Part shown: positions 48,501-58,811 of the stretch, piece after piece
Numbering within the stretch: position 1 is the first letter of the stretch
Layout of the letters: the number at the start of each line of letters is the position of its first letter
Source: Amphiscolops sp. MND2022
Lineage: Eukaryota
DNA: 64,000 bases
Direction of reading: 5' to 3'
Assembly (NCBI GenBank): GCA_964187785.1
Contig: OZ076409.1
Coordinates: forward strand, 43,464,001 to 43,528,000
Translations under genes and position numbers: made by a program
The notes under the pieces: model-generated
Told to the model about the DNA's origin: nothing
Seen by the model: the letters and a program-made list of their open reading frames with translations, nothing else
The model's database searches: none

Positions 48501-51500
48501 CGAACGTTTAACATAACTGGATGGGACATTCAGTTTATTCATCAAATCAGTTACGACTTTACCGTCATCATTGCTCTTTTTCACATTATAGATCACAACT
48601 GATTGAGAAGCAGTGGAGTTGTAGTCACGTTCGCCATCGATTTTTTGAGCACTGATCGAAAACTGACTTGATCATCATCAGATGCACCTGGAGTGGAACT
48701 TGAGTTATGTTTTTGTTCAAGAATATCTTTGACTTCATCAATTTTAGAGTTAATTGTTTCAAATAATGAAATGGAGGACTTAGCTTTTAAGAAGATCCAC
48801 TGTGTCTTTGAGAAGACACATGAGCCAGTCCTTTCTCAATTTATCAGTCAAAGCCTTGAATTCCTCTGGCGAGGCCCGCACCAGTTCAGCTCATCCACTT
48901 GTGGATACTATTGTCCAGAGTTCTTCTCACCAGCAGAAGTAGAATTAGCTCTTTGCTTTCCAGAATCATCCGACATTGTCAATATGAAACTATTTAATCG
49001 ATTGAAACGATTTAAGTTTATCACAACAATTAGGCTGGTGATAAAGTGATACCGGTCAACATCATGATTGGAGCCAACATACTGGCTACATATTTAATAA
49101 TTTCATATACTGAATGGCTACAATGATGGACACAAGATCTGGCAGTGTGAGCTCCAACTTGATGTGCCCTCAATGTTCCAATTCAGTAGACGAACAGGAA
49201 GAATCTATTCAATGTGACAGATTTGGCTCCTGGGTCCATCAAACCTGCACAAAAATCCCTAACGAAGCACTGGCATATATGGAAAACGAAAGTGTTTTCT
49301 GGTTCTGTCCAGATTGCTCCAAGACAATGAAGAAAATACTGAAAACCAAAGTGACGACTGAGATGGAGTTCAAGCAGGACATCAACAATCGCCTGAACGA
49401 AATCAACGCAGTTGTTTCCGAACTGAAAGCTAAGTCAGATACTAAAACTTTGAAACCGAAACCAGAAAAAACGCTATCTGAAAATAACAATAGAAGCACT
49501 TATGATAATACTTCGAACGATTCTTTGAAGTTGAACAAGATTGGTGACGTCCTTGGTGACGATGATTACGGAATAACGAACATCAGAAGGCTCGGTAAAT
49601 ATGATAGCAAGAGTTCTCGACCTCGATCCCTTCTCATCAGCTTCAATACCCCATGGACTGTTAGGAAGATTCTGGCTCGCGCTAACGCTTTGCGTCAGTA
49701 CAATTTGGATAATGGCACAACAATAGATGTACTGAAGAACTCTTCAAATACTTTCGCACTTTTAATTCGATCACAATCCCAGCCATTGTGCATCTTAAAT
49801 CGGAAGTTGCTTCGGGTGCAATTTCACAAAGTTCTTTCTCCAAGCACTTTGCTTCCAGTTACAAGGAGTCTTCTGCTTTTCGACCTGTTAAAACCGAACC
49901 TTGTTCCGACGACTTTAATACATCCGAAGATACAATCGATTTGCGAGACCATCGATTACAGAAAAGCAACTGGCCCAGACCAAATTCCTGGAATTATTTT
50001 CCAAAATTGCTCCAAGACCCTCAGCAAATCCATCAGCCAAAATTAAACAGTCTGCTGTTTTCCCCTCTGTTTGGAAAAACTCGATTGTTAGTCCTGTCCA
50101 TAAGAAAGGCTCAAAATCAGATGTTCTCAACTACCGACCAGTGTCACCTCTTTGCATAATCTCAAAAATTTTTGAACGTTGGCTTTTTCTGTATTTGTAT
50201 CCTCTTCTTGAACCGCTGTTTCATCCTGCACAATATGGCTTCCGCAAAGGTAGATCCTGTATCCTACAATTATTGATATATGTTGAAACGATATACAATG
50301 CACTCGAGTCGAGGCATTGTGTAGACGTAATATATACTGACTACGAGAAAGCTTTGACAACGTGGATCACGGTTTGCTTTTGATGAAGCTCTCTAAGCTT
50401 GGCATTCATTGGAAAATATTCAAACTAATTGAATCCTATCTTACGAATCGCCAACAGAGTTCGCGTTAATGGTCACTTCTCTGGAGTTACAAAAGTAACG
50501 AGTGGAGTTCCCCAAAGGTCGATTTTATCAAGTTTACTTTTTCTCGTCTATATAAATGATCTTCCTTCGTTATGCAAGTCTTCTTCACCCTTGCTTTGCG
50601 CAGATGACGCCAAAGTTATTGCAATAAATAAACAAAAACTCCATTTTCAGCTGGACTTGTCTCGTGTTAAAAGATGGAGTGATGAGCATCAACTACCACT
50701 TAATGTCAACAAATGTTCACATCTTGCCTTCCACGCTAACGATGTGGAGTTCTACTTCTCTGGAAATGGGGAATTCACAAAGTTATGACACAGAAAGATC
50801 TTGGAATTCATGTGTCTGATGATATGAAATGGAATCATCATATCAAATCTGCAATAAAGAAAGTCTCGGGGTATTCTTCATGTTGAAGAGAAGTTCTCCC
50901 AACCTCTCTCCCCCTACTAAACTGAAATTATACAAGTCAATGGTTCTACCTGTTTTGATTTATGGGAGTACATGTTGGTTTCCAAACGAGGAAAACACCA
51001 AAAACCTCTAAGGAATTCAGAAATGCCTAAAAAGGATAAACTGCACCAGCAATAGCAACTACAAAAAGCTACTACAACAAAGCCAAATTCTACCACTTTC
51101 ACTTTATTTGCAATTACAAGATCTTTTAATGCTGTCAAAAATGCTCAAAAATGCTTCGATTCATCAACCTTCATTCATCCTCAAGAACCCCCGAGAACAC
51201 TGCGAACATCCGGTGATATTCAATTCGAACAGGGAAAAAGAAAGCTTCAACTATGTGAACAAAGTTTCTTCTACCGAACAACTGCCTTGGTAAATCGTTT
51301 GCCCAAAGAGGTCCATGTCGACGAACCTGTTGGCCTCAAACAACGACTCCTTAAACACCTGTGGACTCACTTCGACAGCAAATACAACGAAATTGTCAAC
51401 TCAACATGGAAAATTTAATACGGAATCACGAACTGTGAAAGGGAGAATCTCCCCGTACCAGTCAACGACTGGTCAAATTCATAGTACTACTACTGAAAGT

Positions 51501-54500
51501 TCTCGCGGGCCCAGACTTTACAATACTCCGCTGTGAATTACTATGATAGATAGCTGAATCAGTTCCCCATTTAGCTTTCGAATTTGAGTTACTTTGAGAT
51601 TCCACGAAGACTTAAATATCGAATTTCATTGCTTATATTGCTATATTCAATACTGATGTGCAACTTTCGCGAAATTCCAACTTTGCTCTCAATAACCCGA
51701 TGAAAGAAAGAAAGAAAGAATTAAATTTTCTCTGATGCTATGTTTAAAAAATTGAACAATAGTACCAGTACAGAAGTTAAGTACAATGCAGTCAGTTTAA
51801 ATAAAATATAGCACCAGAGGGGACCCTCCAAAGGTTATTATTCCTAAACGGGGGGGACCCTCCAAACACAAGGGCATCAACAAAAAACTATGTCTGCCAG
51901 ACGTTCGCTACTTATTTTGTTTTTAATTTTCAATATCAATCTTTTAGTCTCATTTTCACCGATCGATTCATAATTGCGAGGTAATAGCTTCGTTTTTAGT
52001 AGATGATTCAGTAAGACAGTTCCACGATATTTTAGTGATTGTCGGCTAACTTGCGTTCGTGCTTCAGGTACATAAAACATATTGGAAGAAACACTCCGAG
52101 TAAAAACAAGTGAATTTTTGTGGATAAATACGCTCTTAATATTATGCAGTTGACTTTCTCTACTAGAACGCACGGCGAATTTTAATAGTTTAAATACGTA
52201 TAGATCAAAAACATTCATAATTTCGCTTCTTTTGAACAATTCATCCGATGGATATCGTCTGTTTTTAAAATATGTAATACGGAGGATTTTTTTCTGAACA
52301 AGAAATATATCATTCAGTACACTCTTCCTCGTGCACCCATATATCAAGAGTCCGTATTGGATAATTGGTTTCATGTATGTTTTATAATATCGTAACACTA
52401 CCGAACTACTGGTGAAATGCCTTAGACGGTTAATAATGGATACATGTTTAGCTAATTTATTCAGTACTCGTTTGACGTGGAAACCGTAAGTTAAATTTTT
52501 ATCAAGTAAGATACCCAGATATTTAACGTATTCAGTACATGTTATTTCAGTTTTTTTCAATACTATGCTTTCATCTTTGCAGTTTAAAAAATGGACCAAT
52601 TCAGTTTTAGGAATATTTTGACTAAGTTTATTCATAGCCATCCATCCAGGAATGTGTTCAACTTCATCTTGTAATGTAGATGTCTCATTTTTGGGTCTCG
52701 CGTAAACGCAATTAGCATCATCCGCAAAGAGAAACGGAATAATGTTTTTACACGACTTCGGGAAATCATTTACATAAATTATAAAGAGCAGTGGGCCAAG
52801 AATAAATCCTTGAGGAACGCCGCAGTCAATAAGTAATGGTTTTGAGACTTTACCGTTAATTGAAACACATTGACTTCGTTTACTTAGATATGATGTGAAC
52901 CAGTCCAAGCAAACCCCTCTGACACCGTATGCTTCGAGTTTATACAAGAGAAATTCATGGTTTATTGTATCGAAGGCTTTTTGTAAATCAAGCAAAATAC
53001 AAGAAGTATCGAGGTTAGAATTATCCCTAATCATTTCTGTAATATCGGAGAGAGCGTGGATGGGGCTCAGTTTTGACCTGAATCCAAATTGTCTTGGGTA
53101 TAATAGCTTGGGTGACTCACTTTTAGTATTTCTGCAGTCAGTCCATCTAGACCAGGTGATTTATGGTTCTTAAGATTTTTTATAATCCTCGAAATCTCAG
53201 TGCCATCAGCTGGATAAAAAAATAGTGATTTTTCATTAGTTTTTATAACATGAGTCGTGAATGGGACATTATCAATTGAAGCAGCTAAGGTTTTACTGAT
53301 GGAAACAAATTTTTCATTGAACGATTCGGCCACATCAATATCATCCGTAATCAATTCATTTTTATCATTCTTGATAACAAAGTTGGAATTTTTTGCTGCT
53401 TTACCAGTGATTTTGTTTAGTTCTTTGTAGAAACATTTAGGATTAATGATAAGCCCATTCAGACGTGAATCGTTGTATTCGCGCTTGCTTTTACGAAGCT
53501 GCTGGTGCACATTATTTCTAGCTCTTGTGTAGCGTAGCTTGTTCTGATAGGTTTTACAGCGCTTGTATCTGTGGAAACTACAATTTCTTCGAATTAAGGC
53601 CTTTTTTACTTCCTTTGTGAACCAAGGTCTTACGGCATCTTGGTGTTCTGATTGTTTTTCAACTGTGAAAGCATTAACTGCTTCCGATATTGCATTGGCA
53701 AACGATTCAGTAGATGCATTGATGTCCTGTCCTAAGTCTACAAGTTCCAGGCAATGTTTTAAGTAATTTAGATAGAGATTTGTTGAATTACCGTCCCGGA
53801 GAAACGGTCTATCCTTATTAAAATGTTGAGAACGAATGGATTTAGATTTACTTATAATCAAATCAACGTAGGTTGCAAAATGGTCTGTAATATACGTCTT
53901 GATAACTCCTAATTCCAGAGGTCTTTGGTAGTCATTATGGATTGTATGATCGATTAACGATTCTGAGTCAAGCGTTACACGGGTTGGTTCTTCGATTCCT
54001 TGGGCGCAACCATGAATTTCCAACAATTTCAGATACCTATCTGCAACAGGGTTAATATTAATTAATATTATATTATTATTAATATCGGGGGGGGGTCAAT
54101 ATTAATATCGCCTATTAGATAGTAGTTCTTAATTTGACTAAGAGACTCAAGAAGTAACTCAAACTGATCCAAGAAATCCTGTTTATTTACGGAAGGCGAA
54201 TTGTATAAGCATACAACGGTAAATTTTTCCTTATTCCTAGCGGTACAATCGACTCCAGTATAGTTTAGATCAGGAATAGAATCTTTCTGTATGTTAAGCT
54301 CCAAAAGTTCAAATGCCAGCGATTCATGGACATATATTGCAACACCTTCATTTCTTGTTGAACCAGGATCAAATTCCATAGGTGCATAGGATTCTAGTGC
54401 GTAGGCATTTTTGTCTGAGGATTCAGTCATCCATGTTTCGGACAAGCAAATAATAGACGGTTTGTTTTCACGAAAGGTATCTATATGCGTTTCTAGTTCT

Positions 54501-56133
54501 TCAAAATTGTAGTCGATAGACCTTATGTTCAAATGAAAAATTCATTCGTTCTCAACACTTTGTTCTTTTAAGTTGTTTTTATGTTTAGGCTTTGATTTTT
54601 TACGTTTCAATTTGTAAGCTAGAGGGCCCCCTAACAATAATGTAGACTACTTTTGCATACAGAGTAGACAAAATCAGGATCGCATTCATATAATTTGAAG
54701 AGGCTATCAAAGACAGTTTTTGTATCATTTTGTTGATACACCACAATTTTTTCGTTAATCATGTTAACAGAAGTTACATCTTGTCTTTGCCTCAATGTCT
54801 TAGCCAACTTTGCTCGTAGTAGCGTGAGATCATCGTTGATATAAATTTTATTTTCACTATCCTTGAGCTTCTTTTTGTTGGTCATCAGCCCGATTTTGGT
54901 CTGTCTCCTTACAAATTTTGCAATGATAGGGCGCCCTTGGCAAGGCTTCACATTTCTGCTGGGAACCCTATGGCAGATGCTGATGTCCGCTCTGGATACC
55001 TGACATCCCGCCTTTTCTGCCACATCGATCACAGCCTGATACACGTCCTCATTTGGTGCCTCCTCCACCCCAAATATGCGGACATTGTCCCGCCTTCCAT
55101 ATTGCTGGTTTGAATCGGCATTGAAAAGACTGGACAGCTCTCCGCTGATTTGAGGCTTTTCTGCAATTTTGGCAAGTTTGGACTGCAAGTCGGCCACCTC
55201 AGCTGCTGCACAGAAGCCACATAGGAAGGGGCGGTCCATGAAACCCTTGTGGATCTTTTTCGGGAGCCATGTGGGGACCCAGGATTGGCATCCCTTTCCC
55301 TTGTCGGGACCCTTGCCAGTACATTCGATTAGGTGGGTGGACCCCTCTTCGTCTGATTGAGAGCCAGTTCTAGTAGTCGGCATCGCGTCTGAAACTATTT
55401 AATAAGTTTATCACAACAATTAGGCTTGACGAGCAACATAATTGCGATATTTTATTTACAGACGAGCATTTAATTTGCGATTCGGTGTTTCATTTTTATG
55501 AATTAGTCCTCACAATGTGCGAAGGTTTCCAAATTTATTCCTATGGGACAGCTTGCAGCGCATCGACACCATGCACGTCAAGTTGCTGAGAAGCCCCCTT
55601 CAACATGTGCTACATGCTTAAATCATCGCCATTTTTGGTTCTTGTACGCACAGTCTTTCAATTCGTAGTCATGACACAAAATGGCTTCTCAATGCCAACC
55701 TTTTCATGCGCTCTCCAGTTTCTACATTCCAAACAGCACCCGTTTTGTCCGTTGATGCAGTGAACATTAACTGTCCATCGTATGAAAAAGTTATTTGAAC
55801 GACTGGTCCCGTGTGTCCTTTCAGAACAGCGAAATTGTCACATTCCCCATACACATTCCACAAATATATCAATCGATCAAATGCACCCGAACACAAAATT
55901 TGACCATTCGGATGAAATCTGGTCGTTAAAATTTCGCCCTCATGACCGGTCAACATCATGATTGGAGCCAACATACTGGAAGTTCTTGCGGGCCCAGACT
56001 TTACAATACTTCGCTGTGAATTACTATGATAGATAGCTAAATCTGTTCGCGCAGATTTAGTTTGAACAGGGACAATAGCGGCGGTGTCCATAGCCAAGGG
56101 ATATGAAATATTCCCGTTAATTTGCTGCATCAT
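44043..56133 (-). CDS. SNRNP40: U5 snRNP 40 kDa WD40 protein, 2 coding exons (56133-55700 and 44682-44043; alternative start 56091), 11-kb intron
   Basis: RTSSMLAPIMMLTGHEGEI, LWNVYGECDNFAVLKGHTG, GAQHNFEKNLLK, YKLPGHTGSVNEVDFHP, SSDKTIYLGEL; junction AG|gt...ag|G restores MKRLKGHTSFVNS. Confidence 0.95.
44793..45497 (+). mobile_element. Family A HINE in the SNRNP40 intron
   Basis: TTAGTCGGCGCTTCATGAAGTGAAACGCGACT ... GGCGCCGACTTGGGCCGGTCCCGGCTTGTT; internal AAAGGGTCCCCC repeats. Confidence 0.85.
45525..45567. repeat. (AG)n microsatellite, possibly the 3' tail of the adjacent minus-strand LINE
   Basis: About 21 AG units with one interruption. Confidence 0.9.
45568..49036 (-). mobile_element. 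Degenerate CR1/L2-group LINE (ORF1, APE, RT) with SL-like 5' end
   Basis: APE FLTETW, GGVAF, GNTLD, SDHYPI; RT SGVPQGSVLGPLL, FADG; degenerate ORF1 from the ATG at 48976. Confidence 0.85.
48990..49036 (-). other. Spliced-leader-like sequence, interrupted by a ~15-nt insertion, at the 5' end of a LINE
   Basis: AGCCTAATTGTTGTGATAAACTT[AAATCGTTTCAATCG]ATTAAATAG; identical outside the insert to 55426-55395. Confidence 0.6.
49051..51565 (-). pseudogene. Duplicated ~100-nt fragment of SNRNP40 exon 1 (49051-49085 plus 51491-51565), split by a LINE
   Basis: ACCGGTCAACATCATGATTGGAGCCAACATACTGG and AAGTTCTCGCGGGCCCAGACTTTACAATACTCCGCTGTGAATTACTATGATAGATAGCT match 55945-56047 with few substitutions. 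Confidence 0.85.
49086..51490 (+). mobile_element. CR1-group LINE with PHD-type ORF1, internal deletion (APE missing), frameshifted RT, (TAC)n tail
   Basis: CPQC...IQCD...WVHQTC...WFCPDC; IRRLGKYD..RPRSLL; KATGPDQI, QYGFRKGRSC, SGVPQ, CADD; TSD TACTG(G/A) at 49080-49085 and 51491-51496. Confidence 0.88.
51877..54532 (-). pseudogene. LINE ORF2 (APE-RT), broken into three pieces
   Basis: ORFs 54068..54532, 53067..54026 and 51877..53034; one break lies at the G run ~54087-54096. Confidence 0.88.
54631..55383 (-). CDS. LINE ORF1 protein, 250 aa (Cys motif, coiled coil, RRM-like domain)
   Basis: QQYGRRDNVRIFGVEE, ISICHRV, PIIAKFVRR, IYINDDLT are typical of CR1/L2-group ORF1. Confidence 0.85.
   Translation of the reverse strand: MPTTRTGSQSDEEGSTHLIECTGKGPDKGKGCQSWVPTWLPKKIHKGFMDRPFLCGFCAAAEVADLQSKLAKIAEKPQISGELSSLFNADSNQQYGRRDNVRIFGVEEAPNEDVYQAVIDVAEKAGCQVSRADISICHRVPSRNVKPCQGRPIIAKFVRRQTKIGLMTNKKKLKDSENKIYINDDLTLLRAKLAKTLRQRQDVTSVNMINEKIVVYQQNDTKTVFDSLFKLYECDPDFVYSVCKSSLHYC
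55395..55426 (-). other. Spliced-leader-like 32-mer at the LINE 5' end
   Basis: AGCCTAATTGTTGTGATAAACTTATTAAATAG, ends in AG, 11 nt upstream of the ORF1 ATG; second copy at 49036-48990. Confidence 0.65.
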
Positions 56134-56435
56134 TCAAGACTCAATCCCAAATCTGAAAAAAAAAGTTTTCATAAAAGGAGCCGAACTGAAAAAAAAATCA
56201 ACATCGATTAGCGAAATGCGAACATAAGAGGTCCCACGGGCCACTAGGGGAAGGAAATGAGGACATCCGAGGCACATTTTATACTTTTTACTTTTTCTAC
56301 GGAGAAAGTTTTCGGACCCTTTCAAAAGCGAGCCGAAGAGCCTAAAAATTTTTCGACATTGAGATTCGGCATTTAGACTTTCGACATTTTGACTCCTTCC
56401 GTGCCCTGAATGCAGGAGCGAAGCGACGTGCCATA

Positions 56436-56869
56436 TGGCCATGCCTCAATGTTGCTACTTGGCGAAGGGAGCGAAGCGACCGAGCCATACAACAAATACG
56501 ATAAAATTCGACCGCATTCCATTCGATTAGGCCAACTCCATTCCAACTCACGGAATAAATAAGTCAACTCACAGAATTATCAATGTGGGGCATATGCGGT
56601 GGATGCACGCTCGCCCTCACCGTCGCAACGACCAGCTCCCACTACGATCGCCTCGCGATCTCCGTTCCCGCTAGGTCTTTGCTCCTGTTCCACCTCGCTT
56701 AGCAAGGGTGGCTGTAAATAGGTCGAATTTTTCTGGTCGAAAGGACAGAGGTCGAACCTTTTGATCGAATTGCAGGGATCGAATGGAATGCGGTCGAATT
56801 TTATCGTATTTGTTGTATGGCTCGGTCGCTTCGCTCCCTTCGCCAAGTAGCAACATTGAGGCATGGCCA
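56436..56869. repeat. Perfect 92-bp inverted repeat (arms 56436-56527 and 56778-56869) upstream of SNRNP40
   Basis: Arms are exact reverse complements by direct comparison; a diverged copy of the arm occurs at ~10447-10545. Confidence 0.9.
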
Positions 56870-57115
56870 AGTAACAACTAACTCCGATTTTCGATAGCGT
56901 TCCTTCGACCTACTTCCGCCCACCCGCTTAGCAAGATGGGAAAATGAGGAGCCCCAAGGGGCCGCAGGGCACTAGAGGAAATGGGGACATATCCTCCGAG
57001 GGGTGCTCGATATGACATGTTATAATAAAATGCTGACTACGTTATATTAATAAATTCGACAAAATTGTGACCAATTTTATTAAGCCAAATGACTTTAAGC
57101 CAAATGGCTTTGAGC

Positions 57116-58811
57116 GGATTCCGGACGTTTCGGCACAAGACGTTTCGGCAACAAGATGGCGGAAGACGTTTCGGCAACTTTTTGTTGCCGAAACGTCTTT
57201 GGTGCCGAAACGTCTTTTTCTAGTCAAATTTTGGAAAAATGAAATGAAAAGAATTATGTACCGAAAACATTGATTCAATTGATGAATATATGAACAACAA
57301 TAAATGAATTGAGAAGAAAAAAATAACAAGAACAGAAAGTTGAGTTGTTATTATGAACTGAAATGTTGAGAGCTGTTATTATGAAATGAATCAGTAAACA
57401 AGTGAATGTTTCAAAGTTTGGAATTGTTTCGAGTCAATGGAATTGGTGCACGCAAAATGAAATATCCTTCAGCAGCTGGGTGGCGTCGATCGTGCTTCCT
57501 TGTACGTTTTCCATAATTTAATTATACCAGATTGAGTAGTTTGAGACTCCTTGCGCTGATACCGGTAAACTTGTCCTTTGCTCAACAACTCAGTAGTGAT
57601 AATAACCAGTTTGGATTCATCCTGCAACAGGCGAACGAGTACGTAAAATTGTAAGGAATTACGACCAGCTTTGCAATTTAAGCGGCGATGATATCCTTCA
57701 GCGTCATTGTTGGTGCGAATAGGACGATCGTATACATTGACATCATTAATACTCCAAATTGAATGCGATAACCAGGTTTTAGCGTAATAATCGAATAAGG
57801 CAGTAAGGGCTGGATCGGTAGCAAACGGACATCAAAACATAAAGTAAAGGAACTTGCTTATACTTGCTACCGCTGGAAATAAAGGCATGAATTATCCAAA
57901 GCTGTCTGAAGGGTTGCTTAACTACCTTGAAGGTGGCATCCACATACCAGTAGTCAGCTCTTCCTAAAATAAGAAGCTGCTCCGGTGTGGCGAATACCAA
58001 GTGTCGGCGGTCCTTAAACTTGATATCGGCTTGAAGAAACCCAGCCACTTTCGACTGATCAATGTCAAAAAAGAGTGAAAAAGGTTCCCCAGGACGAGCA
58101 CGTTGTCTTGATCGGTTAATAGCTCGTGCAAGGGCCGACGTGGCAACCGGTAAATTTTCTTTTGCAATTGTTGACTCAGCAATTGTTCCAGCTGATTCGA
58201 AGACGTTTTTTCTTCCCCTGGCCTGACCCGAGCGATAAACGATTGTTTTCGATATCTTTGAGAGATCAGGAGGATGGTTGTGATGGCTTGATCCATGCTT
58301 GATTTCATCTCCCGTCTGGGCGACTGTTGCATTACAATAGGATTTCGAGCTCCGCTCCGTACAACGCCAGTATGTCGTACTACCGGACTTATTTTTCCTT
58401 AAGACCGTATAGGAAAAACCTTGATTTGAGACCAACATATCATTTCCTCTTTTCGTTCCGGATTTCAATATTTCATAATCGATTTTATCTGGGAGCACCA
58501 CTTCACGTGGCGGTGGATCTTGCAACTGACCAAATACGTTGGATCGTCGAAGCTCCGAAATAACTATGCTCTCTGTTGGGTCCTCCTCATCACTACTGGG
58601 AAAATACTCCTCAAAGATGATCATATCATCCATTTTTATCTAAAACAGACCAATAGTAAACAACTTGAGACAAATCAGGAAACGTTTAGAGACGTTTCGG
58701 CAACAACTTCAGAATCACAGGGGGTGGAAGACGTTTCGGCAACTTTTTGTTGCCGAAACGTCCGCCGCCATCTTGTTGCCGAAACGTCTTGTGCCGAAAC
58801 GTCTTGTTCCC
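57116..58811 (-). mobile_element. MULE (Mutator-like) DNA transposon with FLYWCH transposase, internally deleted
   Basis: TIRs built of GACGTTTCGGCA repeats; TSD CTTTGAGC (57108-57115, 58812-58819); YWRCTER...C...HNH, WYVDATFK, C-terminal RTNNDAEGYHRRLN. Confidence 0.9.
57430..58633 (-). pseudogene. FLYWCH-MULE transposase lacking the centre of the DDE domain
   Basis: ORF 57779..58633 diverges after PLLYVLMS; the C-terminal segment with RTNN..EG resumes in another frame near 57790. Confidence 0.8.

Larger units (their letters stand above)
51702..55426 (-). mobile_element. Full-length CR1/L2-group LINE with SL-like 5' end and (TTTC)n tail
   Basis: Intact ORF1 54631..55383; ORF2 pieces with NIRS, CLSETW, GDINID, TDHF, LDLQKAFD, GVPQG, FADD; GAAA repeats at 51702-51720. 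Confidence 0.92.

Noticed and set aside
55395..55426. SL RNA gene
   Set aside because: The leader is followed by TTTCAG and a LINE ORF, not by a GT donor and Sm site, so it is at most a retro-copied leader.
57120..57215. Short repeats with spacers (GACGTTTCGGCA)
   Set aside because: Mirrored at 58690-58810 as MULE TIRs with a TSD; not CRISPR.
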